A stretch of DNA of 64,000 nt from positions 32,001-96,000 of IMG/VR virus record IMGVR_UViG_3300032213_001988. One strand, written 5' to 3'. The translations under genes were made by a program, and so were the position numbers. This document shows positions 48,891-58,138 of the stretch, piece by piece. The stretch comes from a virus. Positions within the stretch are counted from its first letter, which is position 1. Each line of letters opens with the position of its first letter. Below the pieces are notes generated by a model that did not search any database, was not told where the DNA came from, and saw only the letters and a program-made list of their open reading frames with translations.

Positions 48891-49364
48891 TTAGAAACCG
48901 TAGTCTGATTTTTCTTCTGGTGTAAGGAATGCGTTTAACTGCCAACGCCACTTCTTGTGCATGTCAATACGACCACCGATGAAGTCAATAAGCCCTTGCT
49001 CGTTACTAGCATCTGCAATATCAAAGGTCATGTTAAGAGACGCCAGCAAGATGTCATTTGCATCGTAAAGGTCCTTACACATTGCCATAGCGTTTTGTCC
49101 AACCTGCGCATCTTGAATATCTGCCGAACGAGCAAACTCAACAAGACGGTAAGGAGACGGAGAACCTAGCTTGAGAATCTCTTCTGCTGTAGGGTCAATA
49201 GCGCTATAGATGTCTTCATAGATCTCGGCAAAGAAGTCATGAAACTGAGCAAAGTCACTACCAACAACATTCCAGTGATGTCCTTGAGCCTTAAAGTACA
49301 TAACAACTTCGTTACCTAGCAGCTTCTTCAGCGCTTCAACGAGTTGTGGATTTTCTATGGCCAT
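48891..49364 (-). CDS. dps: Dps / mini-ferritin
   Basis: HHWNVVG.DF..FH.FF.EIY..ID..AE.I..LG; DMHKKWRWQL. Confidence 0.88.
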   Translation of the reverse strand: MAIENPQLVEALKKLLGNEVVMYFKAQGHHWNVVGSDFAQFHDFFAEIYEDIYSAIDPTAEEILKLGSPSPYRLVEFARSADIQDAQVGQNAMAMCKDLYDANDILLASLNMTFDIADASNEQGLIDFIGGRIDMHKKWRWQLNAFLTPEEKSDYGF

Positions 49365-51110
49365 TTACTGTGCTCCTTCTTCCGTTGCTGGAGGCGGTGC
49401 TCCATTGCCTTGTGGGCCAGTTGGCGTCTCTGTCTCCGCTGCTTCTGCTGCAATCTGCTGTGGTCCCTTAAGAAGTCGTTCAACCTCTGGCGGAATTGGT
49501 GCAAGTGATGTTGCCTGTGATGCAAGACGAGTTGCCTTCATAACGTCAGGAGCAACTGCTGCAAGCATTGCCTCTGTGAGCTCAGGTGTGATTGCACCCT
49601 TCTCTCTAAGCAGACGTAGTGCAACCTCCGTAGGAGTTGGACCGTCCTGTTCTGTAAATCCGTGTGATCTGCGCCATGCATCTCCAGAGATAACTCCCCG
49701 GTCAAATCCAGCATCTGCGTCGGCGGCGCGGTCATTACGCGTAGCCACCTGTGATGGGTCATACCATACGCAGATGCGTTCTACCTGTGCTGGGTCGAAC
49801 CCATTTGCAATCAGGTAAGGACGCAGATAAACAACTGTAATAGCGTCTGCAATCAGAAGCATTAACGGTTCGATATGTGCTTTGTATAGTGACTCATCAA
49901 TTTGAAGAGCATTGGAATACTTAACGTTTGCAAGACCTGTAACGATGTCCTTTGGAACATCAAGGCCTTGTAAAATTCTTTCTAGAACACGATCTGCGCG
50001 TTGTGCAAGTGCTGGGTCAAATGAACGCTCAAACTTGAATTGTTTAATCTTGTCGCCAAGTTCTGCTGGACCACGAATAATAAGTGGAACAACCGCAGAC
50101 GCTGAATCCTCATCACGAATAGGCGTTGTCATCGCATCCATAAGTTGATCCTCGAACTCGTCAGCCGCCTCCTCAGGAGTGTAGGCTTGATTCATTGAGT
50201 CATCATCATCATACGGATAATCAGGATCTGGTGAACCTGCAACAGAAAGTCCGTCCGGAAGATACAAGGCGCCAGCATTTAGACGTGAGCGCGCTGTAGC
50301 ACGGAACGTTCTGTTGAGGAGAAGTAGTTCTGAGCAAAGATCTAACAAGCCACGTAGGCTCGAGTCTGCTTCATCGGAGTAGCGTGGGTGCGCTCGCCAG
50401 ATGCGACCGATAAACGCATTGTTTGGAAGTATAATTTGACCAGGTTGTTTTTGTCCCGTGTAGGAACCTGTTTCACGTCGAGGAATAATTGTGTAGGCAC
50501 CCTTTTGGTCAATCTGAATCTCATCGACTGAACGGATATCCCATGTCTCAGGAAGACCTTGTCCTATGCGCTCTGGAATTTGAACAAGGTAGCACTCGCC
50601 AGCTACTGCAAGGTTGAGTGCTGCATCGCGAAGAAGACCAGCCTGACCGCCGTATGCTGAGTCAAGACGCACGATTGCGCGCTCTGCCGCTGAGGCAAGA
50701 CGCTCATCGATGAGAGGACTGTTTCGAACTGGAAGTGGAGGCTCTGCAGGATTGTCAATTACTGCTGCAAAGATACGAATACGAGATATTACCGAGCCAA
50801 CTAGACTGAAGGCGTATTTAATTTCACCAATTGCATCATAGTATTCCCACGCCTCAGACTGCCAGGCGTTTGATCCTGATGTTCTGCGGCTACGGAATTG
50901 CTCGGCCTCACCTTTGTCATTAAGACGAAGTTGAGATGCTGCTGCGGTAAGTCCACGAGGAGCTGAGTACGCAACTGGCGATGCAAAACCTGGAATGGTT
51001 GCTATCGAGCTAAGGGAAAGAGCAGGCGAGTTGATTGCACGACGAGTAGCTGCAGCCGACCTAGGGCGCTGTGATCTGTTGCCGCTTGAATCGCGACTAA
51101 ATACTGCCAC
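49365..51110 (-). CDS. Portal protein
   Basis: WQSEAWEYYD.IGEI.Y..SRIRI; follows terminase module. Confidence 0.8.
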   Translation of the reverse strand: MAVFSRDSSGNRSQRPRSAAATRRAINSPALSLSSIATIPGFASPVAYSAPRGLTAAASQLRLNDKGEAEQFRSRRTSGSNAWQSEAWEYYDAIGEIKYAFSLVGSVISRIRIFAAVIDNPAEPPLPVRNSPLIDERLASAAERAIVRLDSAYGGQAGLLRDAALNLAVAGECYLVQIPERIGQGLPETWDIRSVDEIQIDQKGAYTIIPRRETGSYTGQKQPGQIILPNNAFIGRIWRAHPRYSDEADSSLRGLLDLCSELLLLNRTFRATARSRLNAGALYLPDGLSVAGSPDPDYPYDDDDSMNQAYTPEEAADEFEDQLMDAMTTPIRDEDSASAVVPLIIRGPAELGDKIKQFKFERSFDPALAQRADRVLERILQGLDVPKDIVTGLANVKYSNALQIDESLYKAHIEPLMLLIADAITVVYLRPYLIANGFDPAQVERICVWYDPSQVATRNDRAADADAGFDRGVISGDAWRRSHGFTEQDGPTPTEVALRLLREKGAITPELTEAMLAAVAPDVMKATRLASQATSLAPIPPEVERLLKGPQQIAAEAAETETPTGPQGNGAPPPATEEGAQ

Positions 51111-51148
51111 TTATTACTCCTCGTCCTTGTTAACGGAACAGCTGGGCA

Positions 51149-51523
51149 TTACTTTTCCAGCCACGCGGTTATAACTCCTGCAGCTGCTGATAGCGCAAAA
51201 ACAGCGCAAACGGCAATCGTAGGTATAGGTACTATAATATAGGAAACTATAACTAGTGATGAGATCCAAAATGACACACACCAGTAACAGGTGAGTAGAT
51301 ACCCAATTCCTCCGTCGGCTGGCTTAAACTTCTTCCAGACCTTCTTACGGAACTTGTCAAGAACTGTGTCCTCGATGATAAGGCGGCTAGCGCGGTATAC
51401 TGCAAGTGCTAATATGATGAAATTACCAAAGGCGATTTCCATTGTTATTCCTTTCATTCGGTTGGATCTTGGTCTGAGTACACGTGGCGATACGGATTCC
51501 ACGAGCGTAAACGTGAACCGCAA
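51149..51523 (-). CDS. DUF1360-like membrane protein
   Basis: LAVYRASRLII.D..LLTCYWCVSFW. Confidence 0.75.
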   Translation of the reverse strand: MRFTFTLVESVSPRVLRPRSNRMKGITMEIAFGNFIILALAVYRASRLIIEDTVLDKFRKKVWKKFKPADGGIGYLLTCYWCVSFWISSLVIVSYIIVPIPTIAVCAVFALSAAAGVITAWLEK

Positions 51524-51822
51524 CCGCAGTTCTCGTCCTTCTTATAGGCGAGCATCTTGCCCGTATCGGTGAGGATATATGAATCCTCGGTTTTAACATT
51601 TGACTTGTGATGTTCGGTGTACCGTTCACGGAAGATAATCATTGGCCCTTCGTTTCCGTCAACCGCGACCATTACTACCTCATCGGTCACAACGATACGA
51701 GCCTTTGTTACCTGATAGGCACCGACTGTAATTGGCGCGGAGTGTAGGTCCTGTAGCGTAGGAACTAGGTCTGGCTGAGCAACTCCAACGAAAGCAGGGA
51801 ATACATCGTGAACGATCTTCAT
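51454..51822 (-). CDS. Hypothetical protein, 122 aa
   Basis: ATGA coupling; C-terminal CGCG. Confidence 0.65.
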   Translation of the reverse strand: MKIVHDVFPAFVGVAQPDLVPTLQDLHSAPITVGAYQVTKARIVVTDEVVMVAVDGNEGPMIIFRERYTEHHKSNVKTEDSYILTDTGKMLAYKKDENCGCGSRLRSWNPYRHVYSDQDPTE

Positions 51823-52322
51823 TTGCCCAACCTTCTTGCCATTGCGCGATATGTAACGCCTGCCGCCTCGGCAAGCTCGCGAACTGGAACGTTTGACTCA
51901 TAAAGACGAGTGCAGATAGCTGTAAGTTCTTCATTGGCTGCCGCCTGCGGAGAGAAGCCTGTCATCTTTGAACGGTAGCGACGAGCCAGCGGAGACAACT
52001 GCTCGATACGTGCGCGTTCTGCTTCACTTATTCCTGGAGAGACTGGGCGTCGTGATACGTAACCGCGAGGTCCTGTCTTAAGCTTAGGTAGAGGAACTGG
52101 TACATCAAGAGGAGAATGCTCGTGTTTACGGGCAACCCAAAACTTAACTGTAGAACGTCTACGCGGAGGGTTACACGCGTTACCGATACTTTGAAGAGGC
52201 CAACCTGCCTCGAACAACTGTCCTACGCGGGTGTAGAACTCCTTGTGAAATAGAGTAGAGAGAAGCTCAACCTCAGACGCTGGTAGTTCCTGCTTACGTG
52301 CGGGACGACGCTTCTCTTCCAT
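51819..52322 (-). CDS. Double-HTH DNA-binding protein (paralog of 53757-54347), probably leaderless from MEEK
   Basis: GWPLQSIG; VPVRELAEAAGVTYRAMARRL; TGTTATCGT 7 nt upstream of ATG 52322. Confidence 0.7.
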   Translation of the reverse strand: MEEKRRPARKQELPASEVELLSTLFHKEFYTRVGQLFEAGWPLQSIGNACNPPRRRSTVKFWVARKHEHSPLDVPVPLPKLKTGPRGYVSRRPVSPGISEAERARIEQLSPLARRYRSKMTGFSPQAAANEELTAICTRLYESNVPVRELAEAAGVTYRAMARRLGK

Positions 52323-52332
52323 AAGGTACACG

Positions 52333-52344
52333 ATAACATGTTGT
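52333..52344. promoter_or_regulatory. Near-palindrome ATAACATGTTGT over -10 box
   Basis: One mismatch to perfect palindrome at 54357. Confidence 0.55.
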
Positions 52345-52349
52345 GTACA

Positions 52350-53747
52350 CTAGCGAACTTTAAAAACGCCGCCGGTTCTATCACTTGGAATCTTGCGACC
52401 TGCCATCGAGCGTGCGGTGATCTTTCCACCAACGAAGCCAGCAGGAGGTTTAATGAGGAGCGCGGTTAATGCGTGTACCAATGCGTCAACGCGGTCTGGA
52501 GACTTACCTTCGCCAGGAATCCACGAGATCATCTGTGATTCAAGGTCTGCAAGATAGTTAACGTGATGAACACGGCCTTGCTCATACGCGAGCGTAATTG
52601 GCTCTGCACGTAAAGCCTTTCCATACTTGGAGTGAACCTCTAAAACCTTAATGCTTGGATCGATAGTGTTAATTGCGTTGCGAACAAGCGCACCGCCTTG
52701 GTTAACTTCCGCGACCACAGGGCAACCCCACTTGCGCGCCATTTGAACTACCTTGTTTGCCCACACGTCAGGAGATCCATGAACGGTTGCGTCTTCTAAT
52801 ACCCACGAGTTACGCTTATACAAATCGCGCTCGCCAGTTGACGCACAAACTACAATTCCACACTCGTCGCGAGGATTCTCTGCAACAGACGGGTCAACGG
52901 CAACAACGCGCAACGGTGTTCCCATTGGTAGTTGAGACTCACGATTACGGTCAATAAGATCTGGTGTCCAGAGCGCACCCTCTACGTCCGAGAGCATCTC
53001 TCCGTATAGTTCCTGCTGTGCTAGTCGAGTTCCTTCGTACACACCCTTGATGGCGTCTAGATAGGCAGTAGACAGGTTTCCCTGGTTATCCATAGTTGAA
53101 CCACGGGTAATGATAACCTTTCCAGTTTTTTCAGCCTCAGCCATTAGTTGATAAAGAAGAGGAACTCTCTTTGGAGTTGTGGTAACAACGATCTTAGGAT
53201 TAGATCCAAGACGGGTACCAACGCGTAAGTTATCAAACGCTGTCATACCTGCTGCGTCAGGAGTTTGACGCCAGGCAGCAACCTCGTCACCCCAGGCGTG
53301 CGTAAATTGTGGACCACGAAGTGAATCCGGCTCATCTGCGGTGAAGCAAGTAGCCGTGTTTCCATTTGGCCAAGTTAATCGTCTCTTTGACGGTTCATAC
53401 AGCGGGCGCTCGCTTGGAGGCGTCACGTTGATGATTCCAGATTCACCTTCTACAATAACGTCACGAACGTCCGCGGCAGTACGAGCAACAAGCGCAAAAC
53501 GTATTTGCCCCTTGTTCGTATACTTTGCTTCTTCTCTTATCCACTCTGCGGCGGTGCGAGTCTTTCCAGCACCGCGACCTGCAAGATAAAGCCAGATGTT
53601 CCAGTCATCGCCTTCAGGGCGCTGCTGCTCGGGACGACCCCAAAACGACCAGTCCCACTGTAAGCGCTCAGGATCAAATCCTTGAAGCGCTATAGCCTTT
53701 TGCTCGGGAGATAGTTTGGCGATTCTTTCTGCCATTGACTCTGCCAT
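52350..53747 (-). CDS. terL: Terminase large subunit
   Basis: AGRGAGKTRT, LRGPQ, WGDE, TTTP, VAVDP, SPDRVDA. Confidence 0.93.
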   Translation of the reverse strand: MAESMAERIAKLSPEQKAIALQGFDPERLQWDWSFWGRPEQQRPEGDDWNIWLYLAGRGAGKTRTAAEWIREEAKYTNKGQIRFALVARTAADVRDVIVEGESGIINVTPPSERPLYEPSKRRLTWPNGNTATCFTADEPDSLRGPQFTHAWGDEVAAWRQTPDAAGMTAFDNLRVGTRLGSNPKIVVTTTPKRVPLLYQLMAEAEKTGKVIITRGSTMDNQGNLSTAYLDAIKGVYEGTRLAQQELYGEMLSDVEGALWTPDLIDRNRESQLPMGTPLRVVAVDPSVAENPRDECGIVVCASTGERDLYKRNSWVLEDATVHGSPDVWANKVVQMARKWGCPVVAEVNQGGALVRNAINTIDPSIKVLEVHSKYGKALRAEPITLAYEQGRVHHVNYLADLESQMISWIPGEGKSPDRVDALVHALTALLIKPPAGFVGGKITARSMAGRKIPSDRTGGVFKVR

Positions 53748-53756
53748 GTTACTACC

Positions 53757-54347
53757 TTATTCTGTAGGACGAAGGTTGATGCGATTTTCTTCTAGGATTG
53801 GAGTGTACGCCTTTGACGCACCTGAAACGGGAGCCTTATATCCGTAACGTGCAAGACGAAAACGAAGAGCGCCGTGCGTGACGCCAAGACGCTTTGCAAG
53901 ACGATACAGAGTCACACCCTCAACGGTGTGGGCATAGTTAATCAACCACGTATATTCCTCAGCCTCCTTGCGGTAAGCCTTTCCATATGAACGTACCTGT
54001 TGCGCATACGGTTGAAGCTCAAGTAGGCGCTTTAGCGTCTCCTCGGATGGTTCAACAAACTGCGGTGAAGATTTCTCAATGATCTTTGGCGGCTCAGGGA
54101 TTGGATACCCATTTGCGGCGACACGAATTGCCTCACTCATTGGAACGGCAACAGCAATCTGACGAATACGCTCACGGGTGACCCCAACTGCAATACCAAT
54201 TGAGTCGAGTGTCCAACCGCGCTCGCGAAGTGCCTTTATGTAGGCGTTGCGCTCAAGCTCGTTACTCGTGGTACGAGCGGAGAGCGAGGTGAAGGTGTCA
54301 AGTACCTCCTGTGGAAGAACGTGACCTTGCTTAGTATGTTTTGTCAT
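53757..54347 (-). CDS. Double-HTH DNA-binding protein (possible small terminase or regulator), leaderless
   Basis: GWTLDSIGIAVGVTRERIRQI; GVTLYRLAKRLGVTHGALRFRL; TGTTATAAT 6 nt before ATG. Confidence 0.75.
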   Translation of the reverse strand: MTKHTKQGHVLPQEVLDTFTSLSARTTSNELERNAYIKALRERGWTLDSIGIAVGVTRERIRQIAVAVPMSEAIRVAANGYPIPEPPKIIEKSSPQFVEPSEETLKRLLELQPYAQQVRSYGKAYRKEAEEYTWLINYAHTVEGVTLYRLAKRLGVTHGALRFRLARYGYKAPVSGASKAYTPILEENRINLRPTE

Positions 54348-54356
54348 GTGTATATT

Positions 54357-54368
54357 ATAACATGTTAT
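54357..54368. promoter_or_regulatory. Perfect palindrome ATAACATGTTAT over extended -10
   Basis: Read directly. Confidence 0.6.
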
Positions 54369-54369
54369 C

Positions 54370-54885
54370 GTGCGCTCTAGAACCAGGGCGGAATACTTGT
54401 GTACTGACGAGTAATAAATAGTACGTTAAGGCTAATTGCCTTGGGCGTGAGAGACCGAGGTTGTTTACTCGGGAGTAACTTAGAAGTGTCTCCAACAATT
54501 TTTTTATAAAAAGATTTTTCTACTGAGAAGTAGAAAAAACAACAGCAGGCACCTGCCTATGCCTGTCCTTCATAAGTTTTTGTAGCAAAAAGGCTGTAAA
54601 GTGACATAGATAAATAATGTGTAGATATGCCTGTCTATGCTGTCTATAAGTAGTTTAGATTTATTTTTATAGTTGTAGTGTCTATGTCTTGTGTGTAGAC
54701 AGACAGAGCTAGCGAGCTAGAGGCTAGCAGCTAGCAGACAGAACATCTGAGTGGAACTTAGATTACTTACGAGTAATGAGCAGACCTGCCAGCCTTCGTG
54801 TTGCGAGCTAGCCTACAGGCTAGGCGTCTATAGTTATAGAAATAGAAAGAGACCTGACATATAGCCAGGCCTCTTACTATTATTA
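54370..54885. other. Long non-coding AT-rich and low-complexity block (possible ori, pac site or genome end)
   Basis: No ORF >=60 aa; 10-bp hairpin 54515-54538; GCTAG, GTCTAT and AGACAG clusters. Confidence 0.45.
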
Positions 54886-54889
54886 ACTG

Positions 54890-55411
54890 TTATTCTGGGA
54901 CGACGACCATTACGTTTGGGTCGCCCTTGAAGATGCGCTTAAAGGTTTCAGCGTCCATGACGCCTGTTGCCTCAAGGTTGTTATCTCCTTGGTATTGCCT
55001 TACGGATTCCTTGGTTAGGTCACCGTACCAGCCATCAAGATCTGCTGAGGCATCGCCGTATCCTAGCTCCGCAAGGCGGCGCTGTAGATGATGTACGGTT
55101 AGTGACTTACGTGCATACATGTTCTTGTATACACACTGGGCAAGGAGTACCTCGTCCTTATCACCAAGGCCTACCACGTGGGCAGCCTCCGTATCCTCAA
55201 CCCGCTCCTTTGCCTTAGCCTTTGGGGCTGGTGCTGGTTCAGGTTTAGGTTCAGGTGTTGGCTCAGGCTCGATAGCCTCAACCTCTACCACAGGTTCTTC
55301 AGAGGTAAACGTTGCTGAGTTAAACTCGTACAGCGGCTCCTCTGTAGCCTTAGGCTCGTCCATAGGGACACCAGCCGCATAGGACTGGTAGTTATCTTCG
55401 TTTTCGCTCAT
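54890..55411 (-). CDS. Acidic protein with C-terminal peptidoglycan-binding domain
   Basis: LQRRLAELGY..DLDGWYG..T..VRQYQ....L.ATG.MD..T. Confidence 0.75.
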   Translation of the reverse strand: MSENEDNYQSYAAGVPMDEPKATEEPLYEFNSATFTSEEPVVEVEAIEPEPTPEPKPEPAPAPKAKAKERVEDTEAAHVVGLGDKDEVLLAQCVYKNMYARKSLTVHHLQRRLAELGYGDASADLDGWYGDLTKESVRQYQGDNNLEATGVMDAETFKRIFKGDPNVMVVVPE

Positions 55412-55426
55412 AGGTTAAATATATCC

Positions 55427-56050
55427 TTACTCTGGTAAAGTGACCTTAACGACACCAGGGTATTCGTTAAGCCTCTTTAATGTAGACATACCCGCACCTG
55501 AACGATATGCGTTAGGACCTATGCCCCAAGAGCCAAAGTCCTTACCTCCGCCTGTCATCAGGTACATGACCTGTACATTAAGTACTGGGTCAAATAACTG
55601 CTCATTGGAAGTAAGCCCGAACTTCTTGCGACGTTCTGGTCCTAAATCGTAGATCATGTTGATTTGGTATATGCCGTATGAGCTGTCACCAGTTCTTGTA
55701 CTCTTGTTAAGAGCTAGCGGACGGGCGTTTGATTCCCGCATTGCTATACCCCAGGCAATCCGATGTGCATCGCCTTCAAAGCCCACAGCTGAAAGAAGCT
55801 CTGAGAGTTGGCCACCGGATAGAGGTATCTTGCTGTTCCGGTAGGAAGCAAATACCTCAGCTGAAGTACGAACTGATGCTGAAACTTCAGGTATGACCTT
55901 TGGTTCCAGCTTGCTATTTAGTTGTTCTGACTCGCTGGCGACTGCCTTTGAGTCAGCATTGAATTGCGACGACGCAGTCATTGCGACTGCAATCAGTGTC
56001 ACCGCGTAAGCTACTGACGTCACTGCTAATTTCATCTTCGAAACTCGCAT
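55427..56050 (-). CDS. Lytic transglycosylase (SLT/lysozyme-like) with N-terminal signal anchor
   Basis: IAMRESN..GDSSYGIYQIN..LFDP..N..W; hydrophobic N-terminus; AAAGGAGG RBS. Confidence 0.8.
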   Translation of the reverse strand: MRVSKMKLAVTSVAYAVTLIAVAMTASSQFNADSKAVASESEQLNSKLEPKVIPEVSASVRTSAEVFASYRNSKIPLSGGQLSELLSAVGFEGDAHRIAWGIAMRESNARPLALNKSTRTGDSSYGIYQINMIYDLGPERRKKFGLTSNEQLFDPVLNVQVMYLMTGGGKDFGSWGIGPNAYRSGAGMSTLKRLNEYPGVVKVTLPE

Positions 56051-56085
56051 GCTAGTTAGCCTCCTTTGTTAGGGGACAGGGACAA

Positions 56086-56103
56086 CCAAGCCCGCAGGCT
56101 TGG
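56086..56103. terminator. Hairpin between 56119 gene and transglycosylase
   Basis: ccaagcc-cgca-ggcttgg. Confidence 0.45.
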
Positions 56104-56118
56104 CGGAATGCGCTAGAG

Positions 56119-56490
56119 TTAGTTAAACCCCAACGACGATTCATATTCGCGAAGTCTTGAACGAGCTTCCTCGTCCTCAACTTCATGCATCGTCGACCAC
56201 ACGCTTCCCAACGTGTAGGCGTATTCCTTTCCTCGGGTAATGGCAACTTGGTTTTTGAAGTTGCTATATCCAAGGAAATCTATTGAGTCATTCATCCAGC
56301 TTTTGACGTCTTCCTTACTCGCCACAAGGCGGTATGGGTAGTCGGCATCTGGCGTTGACTTGATCTCGATGCTCAGCATTGTAGCTAGCGGCTCGAGTGA
56401 TTCACGGTCACGTGCACGGACCATAAGGTACTCAGGGTTTTCGCGATGCTGAACAGCAGACACGAATCCAGTCTCAGTAAATATCCACAT
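56119..56490 (-). CDS. Conserved-looking phage hypothetical protein
   Basis: MWIFT..GFVSAV..VRAR..DYPYR..NFK; ACGAAAGGA RBS. Confidence 0.7.
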   Translation of the reverse strand: MWIFTETGFVSAVQHRENPEYLMVRARDRESLEPLATMLSIEIKSTPDADYPYRLVASKEDVKSWMNDSIDFLGYSNFKNQVAITRGKEYAYTLGSVWSTMHEVEDEEARSRLREYESSLGFN

Positions 56491-56606
56491 CAGTATTACG
56501 TCCTTTCGTCATGCGTCCAATAATAACATCAGACGCTGTTTTTTGGAAACAAAAAGGGACAGAAATAGAACCTTTTTGTTTCATGTTTGTTTACGAACTA
56601 GACGCC

Positions 56607-56837
56607 TTAGGCGATGTCTAGTTCTACTCCTTCGGGTAGTTGATCCATTGCCTCAGCCTCAACCTGGTATCCCTCCTCAAAGGAATACATGTGTTTGACC
56701 TTGCGCATCTTGTCACCCGCAACGTAGAGTGTCATGTAAGTAGAGCCATCACTGTTATTGACGCTCAGCTTATAGTACTTTGCTACATCTTCCATAGGTG
56801 CCATAGTATCGCCTACCTTCCGAACTTCTTGCGGCAT
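56607..56837 (-). CDS. Hypothetical protein
   Basis: In operon; true start uncertain. Confidence 0.55.
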   Translation of the reverse strand: MPQEVRKVGDTMAPMEDVAKYYKLSVNNSDGSTYMTLYVAGDKMRKVKHMYSFEEGYQVEAEAMDQLPEGVELDIA

Positions 56838-57394
56838 TCAGGCCCAAGCTGAAGATCCCTTGAAACTGGATCTGTTAGCTCGGCTCCACAGCTACCACAG
56901 CAGCTGTAGTGTTGCCCAAAGATCTTTGCGTACTTGTATGGGTCCTGGCTGATTACGTTCATAATCGTGATTGAGTCCTGTGAAGGCACACGGTGACGCG
57001 TAAATCCACCTACTGAGCCAGTTAGTCGGCGCATGTATAGGTTACCCATATATTCCTTAACCTCGATGAAAAGGAGGTCACCAGTTAATGGAGTGCCCTC
57101 AAGAGAGATGTCCAGCTCACCCGCAGGTATCGCATACTTAGATTTAGGCGCCTTCAAAAGTGCTTCCTGAAGAAGTGATTTGGTAGCTCCTGGAACCTTT
57201 GTAGCTTTCTGAGGCAGACGGAGAAGAAGATCAATCGTGCTGGAAGCTTGCTTCTTAGTCAGCGTTGGAAGCATCGAGCGGAAGCTAGAAACTTGAATCG
57301 CATCGAGCTCACGCTCGGTAAGTAGTGAATCAATGAAGGCTACCTGCTTTTCGCTAGCGGCATCCTTCACGATTGGAAGAGTCATTTGAGTCAT
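56813..57394 (-). CDS. DUF6011-like Zn-finger protein
   Basis: C-terminal CGSCGAELTDPVSRDLQLGPEC; N-terminal ASEKQVAFI. Confidence 0.75.
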   Translation of the reverse strand: MTQMTLPIVKDAASEKQVAFIDSLLTERELDAIQVSSFRSMLPTLTKKQASSTIDLLLRLPQKATKVPGATKSLLQEALLKAPKSKYAIPAGELDISLEGTPLTGDLLFIEVKEYMGNLYMRRLTGSVGGFTRHRVPSQDSITIMNVISQDPYKYAKIFGQHYSCCGSCGAELTDPVSRDLQLGPECRKKFGR

Positions 57395-57591
57395 CGCGCG
57401 TCTCTTTTCTGTTTAGCTTCTTTGTACTTTACGTCTGACCACTCAGCGAAGTCATCAATAAGCTTTGAGAAGCGAGCCTTGAACTCTGGGCTAAAGAACC
57501 CAACGTCCTTCTTAGCTTTACGGCGTGCTTTCTTTGTCATCTTAACTCCTGCGTAAAGTATCGGGCTGTCTGGTACTAATCCGTGGAACAT
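57391..57591 (-). CDS. Basic hypothetical protein
   Basis: AAAGGAG RBS, behind promoter at 57626. Confidence 0.6.
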   Translation of the reverse strand: MFHGLVPDSPILYAGVKMTKKARRKAKKDVGFFSPEFKARFSKLIDDFAEWSDVKYKEAKQKRDAR

Positions 57592-57625
57592 GTTGGGCTC
57601 CTTTCCTGGGGTCCTCTTGATAGGT

Positions 57626-57642
57626 TAATTATATCAGGTAGG
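57626..57642 (-). promoter_or_regulatory. Early promoter CCTACCTGATATAATTA
   Basis: Extended -10; one of ten copies. Confidence 0.8.
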
Positions 57643-57662
57643 GCCAGGAAAGGAGCGAGAGG

Positions 57663-57833
57663 CTACGCCCTTTGAGCCAGCAGTGCCATAGTTATGCCTG
57701 CCATACCCAAGGAAACCACCTTAGAGAGGCTCTCAGGGGAAATGAGGGCTACTCCTACGGAGAGCACGGCAAATACCAAGGCCAATACCGCAGGCCATAC
57801 CAGCTCTTGGAGTCTAGTAATCCAGTTTGGCAT
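57663..57833 (-). CDS. Two-TM membrane protein missed by track, 56 aa (MPNWITRLQE...)
   Basis: Hand translation; AGGA RBS; fills the gap. Confidence 0.6.
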   Translation of the reverse strand: MPNWITRLQELVWPAVLALVFAVLSVGVALISPESLSKVVSLGMAGITMALLAQRA

Positions 57834-57838
57834 GATTC

Positions 57839-58138
57839 CTACTTGACTGGGCGTGTTCGGCCCTTGAGACGGCTGGAGCCATCCCGAATGGTAGTTCCTG
57901 ATGCGTCGATGAGCTTGCGAGCCTTACCATAGGTAATTCCTAGCTCCTTGGCTACCTCAACCACCGGCTTGCCTTGTGTGTAGAGCTGAGCTGCCGCTTG
58001 CGGCGTTGCTTCTGTCATTTCAGTACCTTTCGTCAGTGTTTCCTTTAGTTCGGCTGGAGGTTCTGCCTCTAGCCAGGCTCGGGACTTCCTGTGAAGTTCC
58101 TCGGCCTCCTTGAGTAACTGCAGCTGCGAGCTACCCAA
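57839..58138 (-). CDS. HTH DNA-binding protein
   Basis: LYTQGKPVVEVAKELGITYGKARKLI; may start at MTEA. Confidence 0.7.
   Translation of the reverse strand: MGSSQLQLLKEAEELHRKSRAWLEAEPPAELKETLTKGTEMTEATPQAAAQLYTQGKPVVEVAKELGITYGKARKLIDASGTTIRDGSSRLKGRTRPVK

Noticed and set aside
56051-56118. c-di-AMP (ydaO) riboswitch upstream of the transglycosylase
   Set aside because: Gap is under 70 nt with a single hairpin; CTAAC..AGGC similarity is too short
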